NCBI GenBank assembly: GCA_044225505.1
Contig: JBGAIN010000055.1
Location: 1 to 44,950 of the forward strand
Length of the DNA: 44,950 nucleotides
Source of the DNA: Limisphaerales bacterium
Lineage (GTDB): Bacteria > Verrucomicrobiota > Verrucomicrobiia > Limisphaerales > SIBE01
Direction: 5' to 3'
This document shows, piece after piece, positions 1-10,141 of the stretch. Below the pieces are notes generated by a model, which ran no database searches, was not told where the DNA came from, and was given only the letters and a program-made list of their open reading frames with translations. The translations under genes were made by a program, and so were the position numbers. Position 1 is the first letter of the stretch. Each line of letters begins with the position of its first letter.

Positions 1-2
1 TG

Positions 3-194
3 AGCGTCACCGTGCTTATGGTTCTTGGGTTGGGATTTAAAGTCACTTGGGCGCTCAACATCATTACGCTCTGGGCGACGATTGTTGGAGGAGCCTTACT
101 GCTCAGTTTCGCCGTGGGTGGGGTCTATGAAGCAGTGGACTGGACTGTAAAGAACCCGAGTCAAGTGATCTGTTGGCCCCGTGATCCCGAGTAA
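3..194 (+). CDS. 3' fragment of a hypothetical membrane protein (open at window edge)
   Basis: Frame is open from position 3 to TAA at 194; two hydrophobic stretches (MVLGLGF.., IITLWATIVGGALLLSFAVGGV). Confidence 0.4.
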   Translation, partial: SVTVLMVLGLGFKVTWALNIITLWATIVGGALLLSFAVGGVYEAVDWTVKNPSQVICWPRDPE

Positions 195-936
195 GCTCAC
201 AGGCAAAGACCGCAGGCTCCTCCCTGAAAAATCAACATTGATTGGTCAACGATGCTCGGCCTGTCAGCAACGCGCTCCTACCGCCTCGCCGAGGGTTCGC
301 GTCGCGCACATGCCGTACCCTCCGCGCTGGTCTTGGGCGGGGTTCCTCAAACCTCTGACGAATGCACCTCGCAGCTTTTCCGAGGGGCTTGAGTCGCGCA
401 GACAGGGATACATGATCGCAGCCGAGGAATGGCCATGCCCCCGCCGTCCCCCCGGGGGTTCGCTCCTGCCGCGCGCCTCATCTCCGCCGAACCAGCCGCG
501 GCCAATCTTGGAAGCAGCCCTCGAAGCTCAGGCTGATTTCCGACCGAGGCTTGGCGCCGACCATGGGCACCAGCGCAGAATTCGAGCCAGCCCGCGCCCC
601 GGTACCGCGGTCGCGCTCAAGCTCCGCGCGAACCCGATGCCGTCAAGCGGCGGCCCAACCGTCGTCATAAGGACCAGGGCTGACAGATGCCCTCAGTGGA
701 CCACTCCTCGCCGGACGTCCACAGAGCAACTCAAAGCGGCAGACCATGGTTTCCGTCACCCATGCACGAAACGTGGTCGCTCGGCTCGGCGTGACTTAAG
801 AAAAGGGCGTTCACTGGGCAGTCAGTGAATCCGGGGGGAGAGCGCATGGAAGAAGCCGCTTGCTTGGGTTTGCAACGTTGAACCGTCGATAAGGCGGCTA
901 GCAGCCTACCAAACCGAGTGCTGAGAACTACAAAAA

Positions 937-956
937 CAGGACAGAATCAGGACAGA
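937..956. repeat. 9-bp direct repeat CAGGACAGA x2 (11-bp period), possible integrase arm-type site
   Basis: CAGGACAGA at 937-945 and 948-956, followed by an AT-rich tract (957-980) and the tRNA 3' end at 984. Confidence 0.6.
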
Positions 957-983
957 CACTTTAACATTTATAGATAAGTAGCG

Positions 984-1056
984 TGGGCCCAGAGGGATTT
1001 GAACCCCCGACCAAGCGATTATGAGTCGCCTGCTCTAACCCCTGAGCTATGGGCCC
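984..1056 (-). tRNA. tRNA-Ile2 (CAT anticodon, lysidine type); CCA not encoded
   Basis: Reverse complement GGGCCCATAGCTCAGGGGTTAGAGCAGGCGACTCATAATCGCTTGGTCGGGGGTTCAAATCCCTCTGGGCCCA forms a cloverleaf. The anticodon arm GGCGA-CTCATAA-TCGCT matches ileX-type tRNAs rather than Met tRNAs. Confidence 0.93.
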
Positions 1057-1138
1057 AAACTGAGATCGGAAGCTACTCTGCCAGAGCGCACGGTTCCGGC
1101 AAGTGAAACTCGGAGTGTAGACCGCGTGGCTGACAGCG

Positions 1139-1648
1139 TCACGGCGCCCGACGCTCTGCCAGACGGCCTGATTCCCTGACCGCTGCGGCTTTCTTTTGTG
1201 CCACTAAAACCGACGCCAAATAGGCCACGATCAAGGCGTTCGCTACCAGAGCGAGAATCCGGGGCCAGGTCACGAGTTTGACCAGTTCGTAAACCTCCAG
1301 GGGCATATAGATGCCGCCACTGACCACGGCGAGCCATTCCGCCCAGCGCCGCATATACCAAAGCCCATAGGCCTCAACGAATCGAAACGTCGCATAAAGA
1401 AACGCCAAGCCCGCGAACAACCAGAGACGTCCGTCGTCGAGTTTGGACGCAGCTTCAATAAAGATCCGGGGGTAGTGACTCGCAGGATTGAGATGGAGAT
1501 GTTCGGCGATTTGTTCGGCCATCGCTTCGACATCCCGGTGAATGAGACTTAATAAGCCGAACCCAGCCACCAACACGATGCCGCCCTTAGCCGCTTCGAA
1601 AAGCGCAATGAACTGAAGACCTTTTTCGTATCGAGCCCACCCAATCAT
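1139..1648 (-). CDS. DUF2127 family membrane protein
   Basis: N-terminal IALFEAAKG, EAYGLW..RRWAEW and GGIYMPLEVYE motifs; about 4 TM segments. Confidence 0.8.
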   Translation of the reverse strand: MIGWARYEKGLQFIALFEAAKGGIVLVAGFGLLSLIHRDVEAMAEQIAEHLHLNPASHYPRIFIEAASKLDDGRLWLFAGLAFLYATFRFVEAYGLWYMRRWAEWLAVVSGGIYMPLEVYELVKLVTWPRILALVANALIVAYLASVLVAQKKAAAVRESGRLAERRAP

Positions 1649-1711
1649 CGCACATTATCCCGAGGGGTTGGGAGGAAAGCAACCACCTGATGGAGAACTC
1701 AGCAAACACGC

Positions 1712-1843
1712 CTAGCGGCGACGCGCCTTCTCCGCGTTGTCTTTCAATTCCGCGCGGAACCAGACAATCAACGCTGGCCCAAAACAAATCAGTAATCCGA
1801 CGGGCATTGCAAAGATGCCCCACAGCCCCAAGTCAGTTTCCAT
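1712..1843 (-). CDS. 43-aa single-pass small membrane protein (METDLGLWGIFAMPVGLLICFGPALIVWFRAELKDNAEKARRR)
   Basis: ATG at 1843; hydrophobic core and charged C-tail; occupies otherwise free space between DUF2127 and the true gntP start. Confidence 0.5.
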   Translation of the reverse strand: METDLGLWGIFAMPVGLLICFGPALIVWFRAELKDNAEKARRR

Positions 1844-1982
1844 AAACAGCCCCGGAGTTTGGCCGGGCGCGTTGGAATGTAAAGGAGTTTTGCAGCCTGG
1901 TCTCTTGCTGGCAACTGACGCTGTCCACCTCGATTCGAGGATTGAAAGTCCTCCAGACGGTCGCCAGTCTCTGGGAAGACGC

Positions 1983-3323
1983 ATGCCACAATTATCCCAT
2001 GAAAGCACCTTGCTCCTTTACGTGCTGGTGGCTGTAGTAGGCGTGATCGTCTTGATCGCTCGCAATAAGTGGCACCCATTTGTCGCTCTAACACTCGCTG
2101 GTTTATTTGTGGGACTTGTTTCCGGAATGCCATTTGCCAAAGTCGCCACGGTGTTTCAGGAAGGGGTGGGAACGATGTTGAGCGGAGTGGCGGTGGTCGT
2201 TGGGCTTGGGATGATCTTGGGGAGGCTGTTGGGAGAGTCAGGCGGTGCTCGCGTGATCGCCACCACGTTGATCGATCGCTTAGGTGAACATCGATTGGAT
2301 TGGGCGATGATGTTAATCGGGTTCATCGTGGGCCTGCCGGTCTTCTTCACGGTGGGTGTTGTGCTCCTAGTACCGATTCTTTTCACTCTGCTAAGACAGA
2401 CCGGTCAACCACTCCTTCGATTGGGAATTCCGATGGTCGCTGGCTTATCCGTGGCGCACGGTTTAGTGCCGCCGCATCCGGGCCCAATGGCTGCCATCGG
2501 CGTTACCCATGCCGACCCGGGGAGGACAATTCTCTATTCGATCCTGATTGGGCTTCCCACCGCGGCAATTGCGGGCCCACTCTTCGGACGGTTCATTTCC
2601 CAACGCGTCGTGACCCCTCCCCTACCCCCGGTTCCATTGAATACCACCCGCGACGGGACAGCGCCTGGATTCTGGATCTCGCTGCTGACGATCACGCTCC
2701 CGGTCATTCTGATGCTGACGGCAACGGCCGGAGATCTTTTCCTGCGCAACGGTCACCCCGCCCGAGATTGGCTGAGTTTCGTCGGCAGCCCCGCGGTGGC
2801 CATGCTCCTGGCGACTCTCTTTTCTTTCTACAGTTTCGGCATCGCGCGCGGTTTTTCCCAAGGCCAGATTCTCGGTTGGGCCGAAAGCTCCCTGGCTCCC
2901 GCTGGGAGCATCTTGCTCGTGGTTGGAGCCGGCGGCGGATTCAACAAAATCCTGGTGGCCAGTGGAGTTGGGGAAATCCTGGCACATGCGGCCCAATCCA
3001 CCGCGCTTTCGCCGCTGCTCCTGGGGTGGATGGTAGCAGCATTGATTCGCATCGCCACGGGGTCAGCCACCGTCGCGATCACCACGGCAGCGGGGTTGGT
3101 GACGCCCTATGCGCTGACCGTTCCGGACACGAACATGGAATTGCTGGTCATTGTCGCGGGAGCCGGTTCGCTCGTGCTGTCGCACGTGAATGATGGCGGT
3201 TTTTGGTTCGTGAAGGAGTACTTAGGGCTCGATGTGACGCAAACGCTAAAAACCTGGACCCTGATGGAGACATTGATTTCCGTAGTCGTGCTGGCGATCG
3301 TCCTGCTGGTGGAAGCTTTCTAA
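1983..3323 (+). CDS. gntP: GntP family gluconate/sugar-acid:H+ symporter
   Basis: HGLVPPHPGP, RIATGSATVA, SHVNDGGFW and TLKTWT motifs; about 12 TMs. ATG at 1983 preferred over the ORF-track start at 1737. Confidence 0.9.
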   Translation: MPQLSHESTLLLYVLVAVVGVIVLIARNKWHPFVALTLAGLFVGLVSGMPFAKVATVFQEGVGTMLSGVAVVVGLGMILGRLLGESGGARVIATTLIDRLGEHRLDWAMMLIGFIVGLPVFFTVGVVLLVPILFTLLRQTGQPLLRLGIPMVAGLSVAHGLVPPHPGPMAAIGVTHADPGRTILYSILIGLPTAAIAGPLFGRFISQRVVTPPLPPVPLNTTRDGTAPGFWISLLTITLPVILMLTATAGDLFLRNGHPARDWLSFVGSPAVAMLLATLFSFYSFGIARGFSQGQILGWAESSLAPAGSILLVVGAGGGFNKILVASGVGEILAHAAQSTALSPLLLGWMVAALIRIATGSATVAITTAAGLVTPYALTVPDTNMELLVIVAGAGSLVLSHVNDGGFWFVKEYLGLDVTQTLKTWTLMETLISVVVLAIVLLVEAF

Positions 3324-3553
3324 GCTAGCCCTGAGTCTCGACGAGAGCGACGCCAGCCACCGCCCCAGCGTCATTCATTGCGACTCCTGCTCGTGTGTCC
3401 CCTGGGTCCGTAACCTTTCGCGACGAGAAGTTTTGCCTCGCCCACGGTGCATTCGCGCGCAACGCAAGGCCGAGGGATTAGGGGACAACGGACTAGCGCG
3501 GACGGTGAGACTCTCATCTTCCCAACGATGGACCTGCCGCTTATCGTGGACCG

Positions 3554-4630
3554 ATGCTGATTTTCGATGCCCATCTGGACCTGGCCATGAACGCTCTCGA
3601 GTGGAATCGAGATCTGACTCGCCCGATGCAAGAGATCCGCGAACGCGAGTCCAGCCTGCGCGATAAACCGGATCGCGGAAAGGGGACAGTCTGCTTTCCA
3701 GCGATGCGCCAGGGTGGAATTCGAATTTGTGTGGCGACACAGATTGCGCGCTATGTGAAGCGGAGCAATGCCTTACCTGGTTGGCATTCGCCCGAACAAG
3801 CTTGGGCGCAAACTCAAGGGCAGCTCGCGTGGTACCGGGCGATGGAGGAGGCCGGCCAGATGGTGCAGATCTCCGATCTGAAAACGCTTCGCCAGCACGT
3901 GGAAGCCGCTTCCGCAGCGTTGGAGAGCACGTCGGGACCGATTGGCTATATCCTCAGTTTGGAAGGGGCAGACTCCATCGTCTCGCTCCGGCACCTCGAA
4001 AGGGCGCGAGAGCAAGGTCTACGGGCGGTGGGTCCCGCTCATTACGGTCCGGGGACCTACGCGCAGGGAACCGACGCAACGGGTGGTCTGGGTATCCGCG
4101 GGCGGGAGCTGCTCCAGGAGATGGATCGACTGGGTTTAATTCTCGATGCCACCCACCTTTGCGACGATAGCTTCTGGGAAGCGCTAGACCACTTTCAGGG
4201 TCCTATTTGGGCCAGCCATTCGAATTGCCGAAGTTTGGTCCCGCACAACCGCCAGTTTTCCGACGAACAACTCCGGGCGTTGTTTGACCGTGGAGCGGTG
4301 ATCGGCTCAGTCCTGGACGCCTGGATGATGATCCCCGGATGGATTCGAGGTCAAACAACGCCCGAAGCCACGGGACTCCGCCTCGAGCGCATCGTCGATC
4401 ACATCGAACATATCTGCCAGGTCGCTGGCCATTCTCGCCACTGCGGAATTGGGTCAGACTTGGACGGCGCGTTTGGACGCGAGCAATCCCCGGGCGATCT
4501 GGAAACCATCGCGGATCTCGGAACGATTCCAAACCTGTTGCGGAAGCGCGGCTTCAAGGAGGAGGACATTCGGGGAATTGCCCACGGCAATTTTCTCGGC
4601 TTCTTGGAACGTGCCTGGCAAAACAGGTAG
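3554..4630 (+). CDS. Membrane dipeptidase (peptidase M19) family amidohydrolase, no signal peptide
   Basis: DAHLD, LSLEGAD, LDATH, ASHSNCR and GIGSDLDG metal-binding motifs. Confidence 0.85.
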   Translation: MLIFDAHLDLAMNALEWNRDLTRPMQEIRERESSLRDKPDRGKGTVCFPAMRQGGIRICVATQIARYVKRSNALPGWHSPEQAWAQTQGQLAWYRAMEEAGQMVQISDLKTLRQHVEAASAALESTSGPIGYILSLEGADSIVSLRHLERAREQGLRAVGPAHYGPGTYAQGTDATGGLGIRGRELLQEMDRLGLILDATHLCDDSFWEALDHFQGPIWASHSNCRSLVPHNRQFSDEQLRALFDRGAVIGSVLDAWMMIPGWIRGQTTPEATGLRLERIVDHIEHICQVAGHSRHCGIGSDLDGAFGREQSPGDLETIADLGTIPNLLRKRGFKEEDIRGIAHGNFLGFLERAWQNR

Positions 4631-4686
4631 ACGGTGCGCCGCGATTTTTCGTGCGCGCTTTGCGTCCGTGTTTACACTGATCGCTG

Positions 4687-5649
4687 ATGGCGGAAGATTA
4701 TTTTGAACTGCTCGATGCGGCCATCCGCTACCTGGAGGAAGCCAAGGCGAGCGGAGAGAAGTGGGTTGCCATTTCGGATACCACTTGGGCTGCGTTCCGT
4801 TCTCAAGCGACCTCGGGATCCACACGCCCGCGCGTGGCGCGGAGTGTCGGCGTTGCCATTCCAATAAAGCCGCCAGTCCCGGCTTCGGCGATTGATCCAT
4901 CCAAGGTTGCCCGGCCCCAACCTCCTCCCAACCAGGCCTTGGCAACGGCGCCGCCGCCTGCGATCAAGACCCCCGAACCTCTTTTGCCGTCGAATACTCC
5001 ACCGCAAGTCGAGACATCGATCCCTGGTCTCCCCCCGGGCGCTGGAATAGCTGAGTTGCGAACCCTGGTATTGGCGTGCCAGAAATGTCCCCATCTAGTG
5101 GCGTCCCGCAAGTCCGTGGTCTTTGGTGTTGGAGATTCTGGAGCCTCCCTGATGTTTGTGGGCGAGGCGCCTGGTGCGGACGAAGACAAACAAGGGGAAC
5201 CCTTTGTCGGCGCCGCGGACCAACTCTTGACACGAATCATCAAGACCATGGGGTTCACCCGCGAAACGGTTTACATCGCGAATGTGCTCAAGTGCCGACC
5301 GGATACTCCGGGGAAGACTTCGGGAAACCGGAAGCCAACACCGCAAGAGATGCAAACGTGCCTTCCCTATCTCGTGGAGCAGATCCGGCAGATTCGGCCC
5401 AAAGTCATCGTGGCCCTGGGTGCCACGGCCGTAGAAGGCCTCTTTGGCAAACCGGTCGCCATTACCAAGCTGCGGGGAAAATGGCAGACGTTTGAAGGGA
5501 TTCCCGTGATGCCCACGTATCACCCCTCCTACCTGCTGAGGAACCAAGCGCTCGCTGTTAAACGTGAGGTTTGGGAAGATATGCTGCAGGTTCTCGAGCG
5601 CTTGGGCGCCCCAATCAGCGATAAGCAGCGGAATTACTTCCGTGAGTAA
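4687..5649 (+). CDS. Uracil-DNA glycosylase family 4 (4Fe-4S) with Pro-rich N-terminal linker
   Basis: CQKC, GEAPGADED..GEPFVG, NVLKCRP and TYHPSYLLR motifs. Confidence 0.92.
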   Translation: MAEDYFELLDAAIRYLEEAKASGEKWVAISDTTWAAFRSQATSGSTRPRVARSVGVAIPIKPPVPASAIDPSKVARPQPPPNQALATAPPPAIKTPEPLLPSNTPPQVETSIPGLPPGAGIAELRTLVLACQKCPHLVASRKSVVFGVGDSGASLMFVGEAPGADEDKQGEPFVGAADQLLTRIIKTMGFTRETVYIANVLKCRPDTPGKTSGNRKPTPQEMQTCLPYLVEQIRQIRPKVIVALGATAVEGLFGKPVAITKLRGKWQTFEGIPVMPTYHPSYLLRNQALAVKREVWEDMLQVLERLGAPISDKQRNYFRE

Positions 5650-5739
5650 TCCCTTTATACTCAAAGAGTGGCAGCGACGCGAGATGCCGCTGGCAATGGG
5701 CTGCGCGTCCGGCGCTCCCCTGGCGGCGATCCTGGATTT

Positions 5740-6771
5740 ATGAAAGCGATTCAACTGGAGAAACCGCAACAGTTCCGACGCATTGAGATTCCCTCCCCTT
5801 CCCTTCCCGGGCCGGGCGAAGCGCTCATCCGGGTACACCGCGTTGGAATCTGCGGCACGGATTATTCGGGATACCTCGGGAAGATGCCGTTTTTCTCTTA
5901 TCCGCGGATTCCCGGGCACGAACTGGGAGTAGAAGTGTTGGCCGTTGGCGCAGAAGTTACCAACGTGCGACCGGGTGACCGCTGCTCCGTGGAACCCTAC
6001 ATGAATTGTGGTCGCTGTTTTTCCTGCCGCCACGGGCATAGCAACTGTTGCGAATCACTCAAAGTCCTGGGAGTCATGATGGACGGAGGTCTGTGCGAGT
6101 CCTTGATCGTCCCTGCGCGAAAGCTCCATCCATCGTCAAAGCTCACGTGGGAACAACTGGCTCTCGTGGAGACGCTGGCAATTGGCTGTCACGCGGTCAA
6201 TCGTGGCCAGCCCCAACGGGAAGAAAATGTGTTGATCGTCGGGGCGGGGCCGATCGGCCTGGCGGCCATGGAGTTCGTCAAGCTGAGCGGTGCGCGCACC
6301 ATTGTCCTGGACCTGATCCAGGCACGCTTGGACTTCGTGCAACAACGGATGGGAATTTCAGACACCATCTTGAGCACATCGGACGGTTCAGAGCTGGAAA
6401 AGCTGAAGCAGCTGACCGAAGGGAATCTGGCGCAGGTTGTCATTGATGCGACCGGAAACAACAAATCCATGGGTCAATCCTTGGGCTACTGCAGCTTCAC
6501 AGGACGACTCGTTTACGTTGGAATTACTCAACAAGAAATTAGCTTTTTGCACGCTCCGGTGATGCATCGGCGGGAGTTGACCTTGCTCGCCTCACGGAAT
6601 GCGTTGCCGGCTGATTTCACTCGTATCATCCAGCTGATCGAGCAGAATGAGATCGACACTCGCCCCTGGATCACGCATCAAGCCGGTTTTGAAGAACTCA
6701 TCGAGGTGTTCCCGACTTGGCTGCAACCGGGCACCGGAGTGATCAAAGCGATGGTCAAAGTTCCGGCTTAG
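5740..6771 (+). CDS. Zinc-dependent MDR alcohol/sugar-acid dehydrogenase (LgoD/YjjN-like)
   Basis: GICGTD, GHE, CGRCFSC..NCC structural Zn site, GAGPIG, ELTLLASRN. ATG at 5740. Confidence 0.88.
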   Translation: MKAIQLEKPQQFRRIEIPSPSLPGPGEALIRVHRVGICGTDYSGYLGKMPFFSYPRIPGHELGVEVLAVGAEVTNVRPGDRCSVEPYMNCGRCFSCRHGHSNCCESLKVLGVMMDGGLCESLIVPARKLHPSSKLTWEQLALVETLAIGCHAVNRGQPQREENVLIVGAGPIGLAAMEFVKLSGARTIVLDLIQARLDFVQQRMGISDTILSTSDGSELEKLKQLTEGNLAQVVIDATGNNKSMGQSLGYCSFTGRLVYVGITQQEISFLHAPVMHRRELTLLASRNALPADFTRIIQLIEQNEIDTRPWITHQAGFEELIEVFPTWLQPGTGVIKAMVKVPA

Positions 6772-6873
6772 CACTGCGAACTCCGGGCACGGAAATCGCC
6801 GGAGATTGGAGCCTCACTACACAAGCCCAAGGGTCTCCCGCAACGCGCTGGGGACCAGCAGCCTGGGCTCGAA

Positions 6874-7260
6874 TCACCCGCACACTCGCGCTAACCAACG
6901 ACGGTGGCGTTGGCGTTCTAAGTCGATTAACTCCTCAATTCGGACCGCTTCATCGTGCGAGAAGAGGAATTGTTCAGGCAACGGACGAGCGCACACGCCG
7001 CACAGCCGGTGACGCCGACTGTAAATGATCGATCGACACGCTGGGCAGTACTCCGCCGCAATCATCAACGGACCTGCAAGTTGACCGCGGACAGGCGGTG
7101 GGGCGGCATCCGGCAAGCCGTGCAGGTCGAAAACACGCCATGGCGGCAAAGAAATCACCTCCTGGGACTCCTGCTGGTGAAGTGCTTCGGAGGCTGGCCA
7201 CTCGTCCTGGTCGGCGGCACGTTCGATGGCTCGTGGTCTCATAATTTTGTCCTCACCCAT
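6874..7260 (-). CDS. Hypothetical small protein with CPxC/CGVC putative zinc ribbon
   Basis: C-terminal half CPACRSIIYSRRHRLCGVCARPLP followed by a charged helix; start codon uncertain. Confidence 0.6.
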   Translation of the reverse strand: MGEDKIMRPRAIERAADQDEWPASEALHQQESQEVISLPPWRVFDLHGLPDAAPPPVRGQLAGPLMIAAEYCPACRSIIYSRRHRLCGVCARPLPEQFLFSHDEAVRIEELIDLERQRHRRWLARVCG

Positions 7261-7426
7261 ACAAGCGCACGGTCCCCAACGAAGCCGCCAACTGAATTAG
7301 CCCTGCCGGATCTGCCGAGAACAGAATGAGACCATTCTTGGCTCTGCAAGGCCGCCCCGAGTCCCTGGCACTGTCGTCGCCACTCGCATGGCTCACAACC
7401 CATGCTTTCCGCAAATTCGCGCATCT

Positions 7427-7501
7427 TAAACGCACGATGACGTGCGTTTAGCGTGCGTTTAGCGTGCGTTTAGCGTGCGTTTAGCGTGCGTTTAGCGTGC
7501 G
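7427..7501. repeat. Palindrome TAAACGCACG-atga-CGTGCGTTTA whose right arm is amplified into an 11-bp tandem repeat (CGTGCGTTTAG x5.5)
   Basis: Read directly: inverted copy at 7427-7436; perfect units at 7441, 7452, 7463, 7474 and 7485; partial unit 7496-7501. Confidence 0.95.
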
Positions 7502-7798
7502 GGTGGATTGGGAGAGCATCGAACCGAGCCAAGCGGGCGTTCGGTCGAAGTTTGGGACCTAAGGAAAACTGTCAGGCGTAAGCCCGAAAGCGTTTTGGGA
7601 AAACTTGGTTAGGCGAAGGTCGAGGTTGTCCTGCGGCCCTCGGACGGAACGGCTCAAGCAGCCTCTTGTATTCACGCAAGCGGCTATTTATGAACCATTC
7701 ATGAAACAGCGGCTCCCGAGGTCCCGGACTTGTGGCCGGTTGCACGGGGCCGCGGGATCGAAGGGGCAAACTAACCTATGGAATCCGGGGACAGCGCC

Positions 7799-9555
<1,757 letters not shown>

Positions 9556-10029
9556 GGGTGCGCAGAGTTAGACAAATCCGCGTCTCGCTGTCAACCAGAG
9601 CAGCGGCTCTGATGACGGACGGTGGGACGACCGTCAGGGACGCAATCCGTGTGAAAACCAGTGTTTTTCAAGCTGCGGTCAACGCGCAGCGAGTTCTCGG
9701 CCAGCCTGAATTCGAGATTAAAATCCTGCCCATCCAACAGTTAAGGATCGCCCAAGAGTTCCTGGAAATGTTGCACACCTTGTCCTCAAATTGTTCTCGA
9801 AGTGTGAGACATTCCACACGGCTGCCTAGCTATCGCACGCCGCCGTGCTCTTTGGGCTATCGCATTTACGGCCGAAGCTCGCGAGGCTCGCAAGACCATC
9901 CGGACAGAGCAGGAGGATCCCTGGGCGGCCGACCGCGATCGAGTGTTAGGAGCGCCCCTGGCGAGGTCGAGCTGAGCATGCGAGAAACCCGCAACGGTCC
10001 GATGATCCGCAGTATTCTCGTTATAGCAC

Positions 10030-10136
10030 CGGAGCGCGACTGTGTCGGTCTCGACCTGCCGCAGCATTTACGGTGCATCAAGGGTTTGTGCATATCGGAT
10101 GGCTGCGGCTGGTGCTTCGCACACAGCCGCGCTCCG
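10030..10136. repeat. REP-doublet/REPIN-like (or MITE-like) 107-bp hairpin element
   Basis: Outer IR CGGAGCGCGACTGTGT (10030-45)/ACACAGCCGCGCTCCG (10121-36), 15/16 match; inner IR CCTGCCGCAGC (10055-65)/GCTGCGGCTGG (10102-12), 10/11 match; each end starts with GGAG followed by a short palindrome. Confidence 0.72.
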
Positions 10137-10141
10137 CATAA

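Noticed and set aside
181..828. 215-aa ORF on the + strand
   Set aside because: Arg/Pro/Ser-rich with no recognisable motif; typical spurious GC-rich ORF.
984..1056. tRNA-Met assignment from the CAT anticodon
   Set aside because: Acceptor and anticodon stems match ileX-type tRNA-Ile2; it lacks the initiator's GGG/CCC anticodon stem and C1 mismatch.
1737..1982. N-terminal extension of the GntP ORF
   Set aside because: Non-homologous hydrophilic sequence overlapping the small minus-strand ORF; the ATG at 1983 gives a normal GntP length.
5218..5220. UDG motif PFVGAADQLL (Asp where Gly is usual); similarly AIHKG in S5
   Set aside because: Single substitutions in a sequence that shows other probable base-calling errors; not interpretable without reads.
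7441..7501. CRISPR array
   Set aside because: Units are 11 bp and contiguous, with no spacers and no cas genes.
7572..7769. 65-aa ORF downstream of glnK
   Set aside because: TTG start, Pro/Arg-rich, no motif; cannot be supported, though not excluded.
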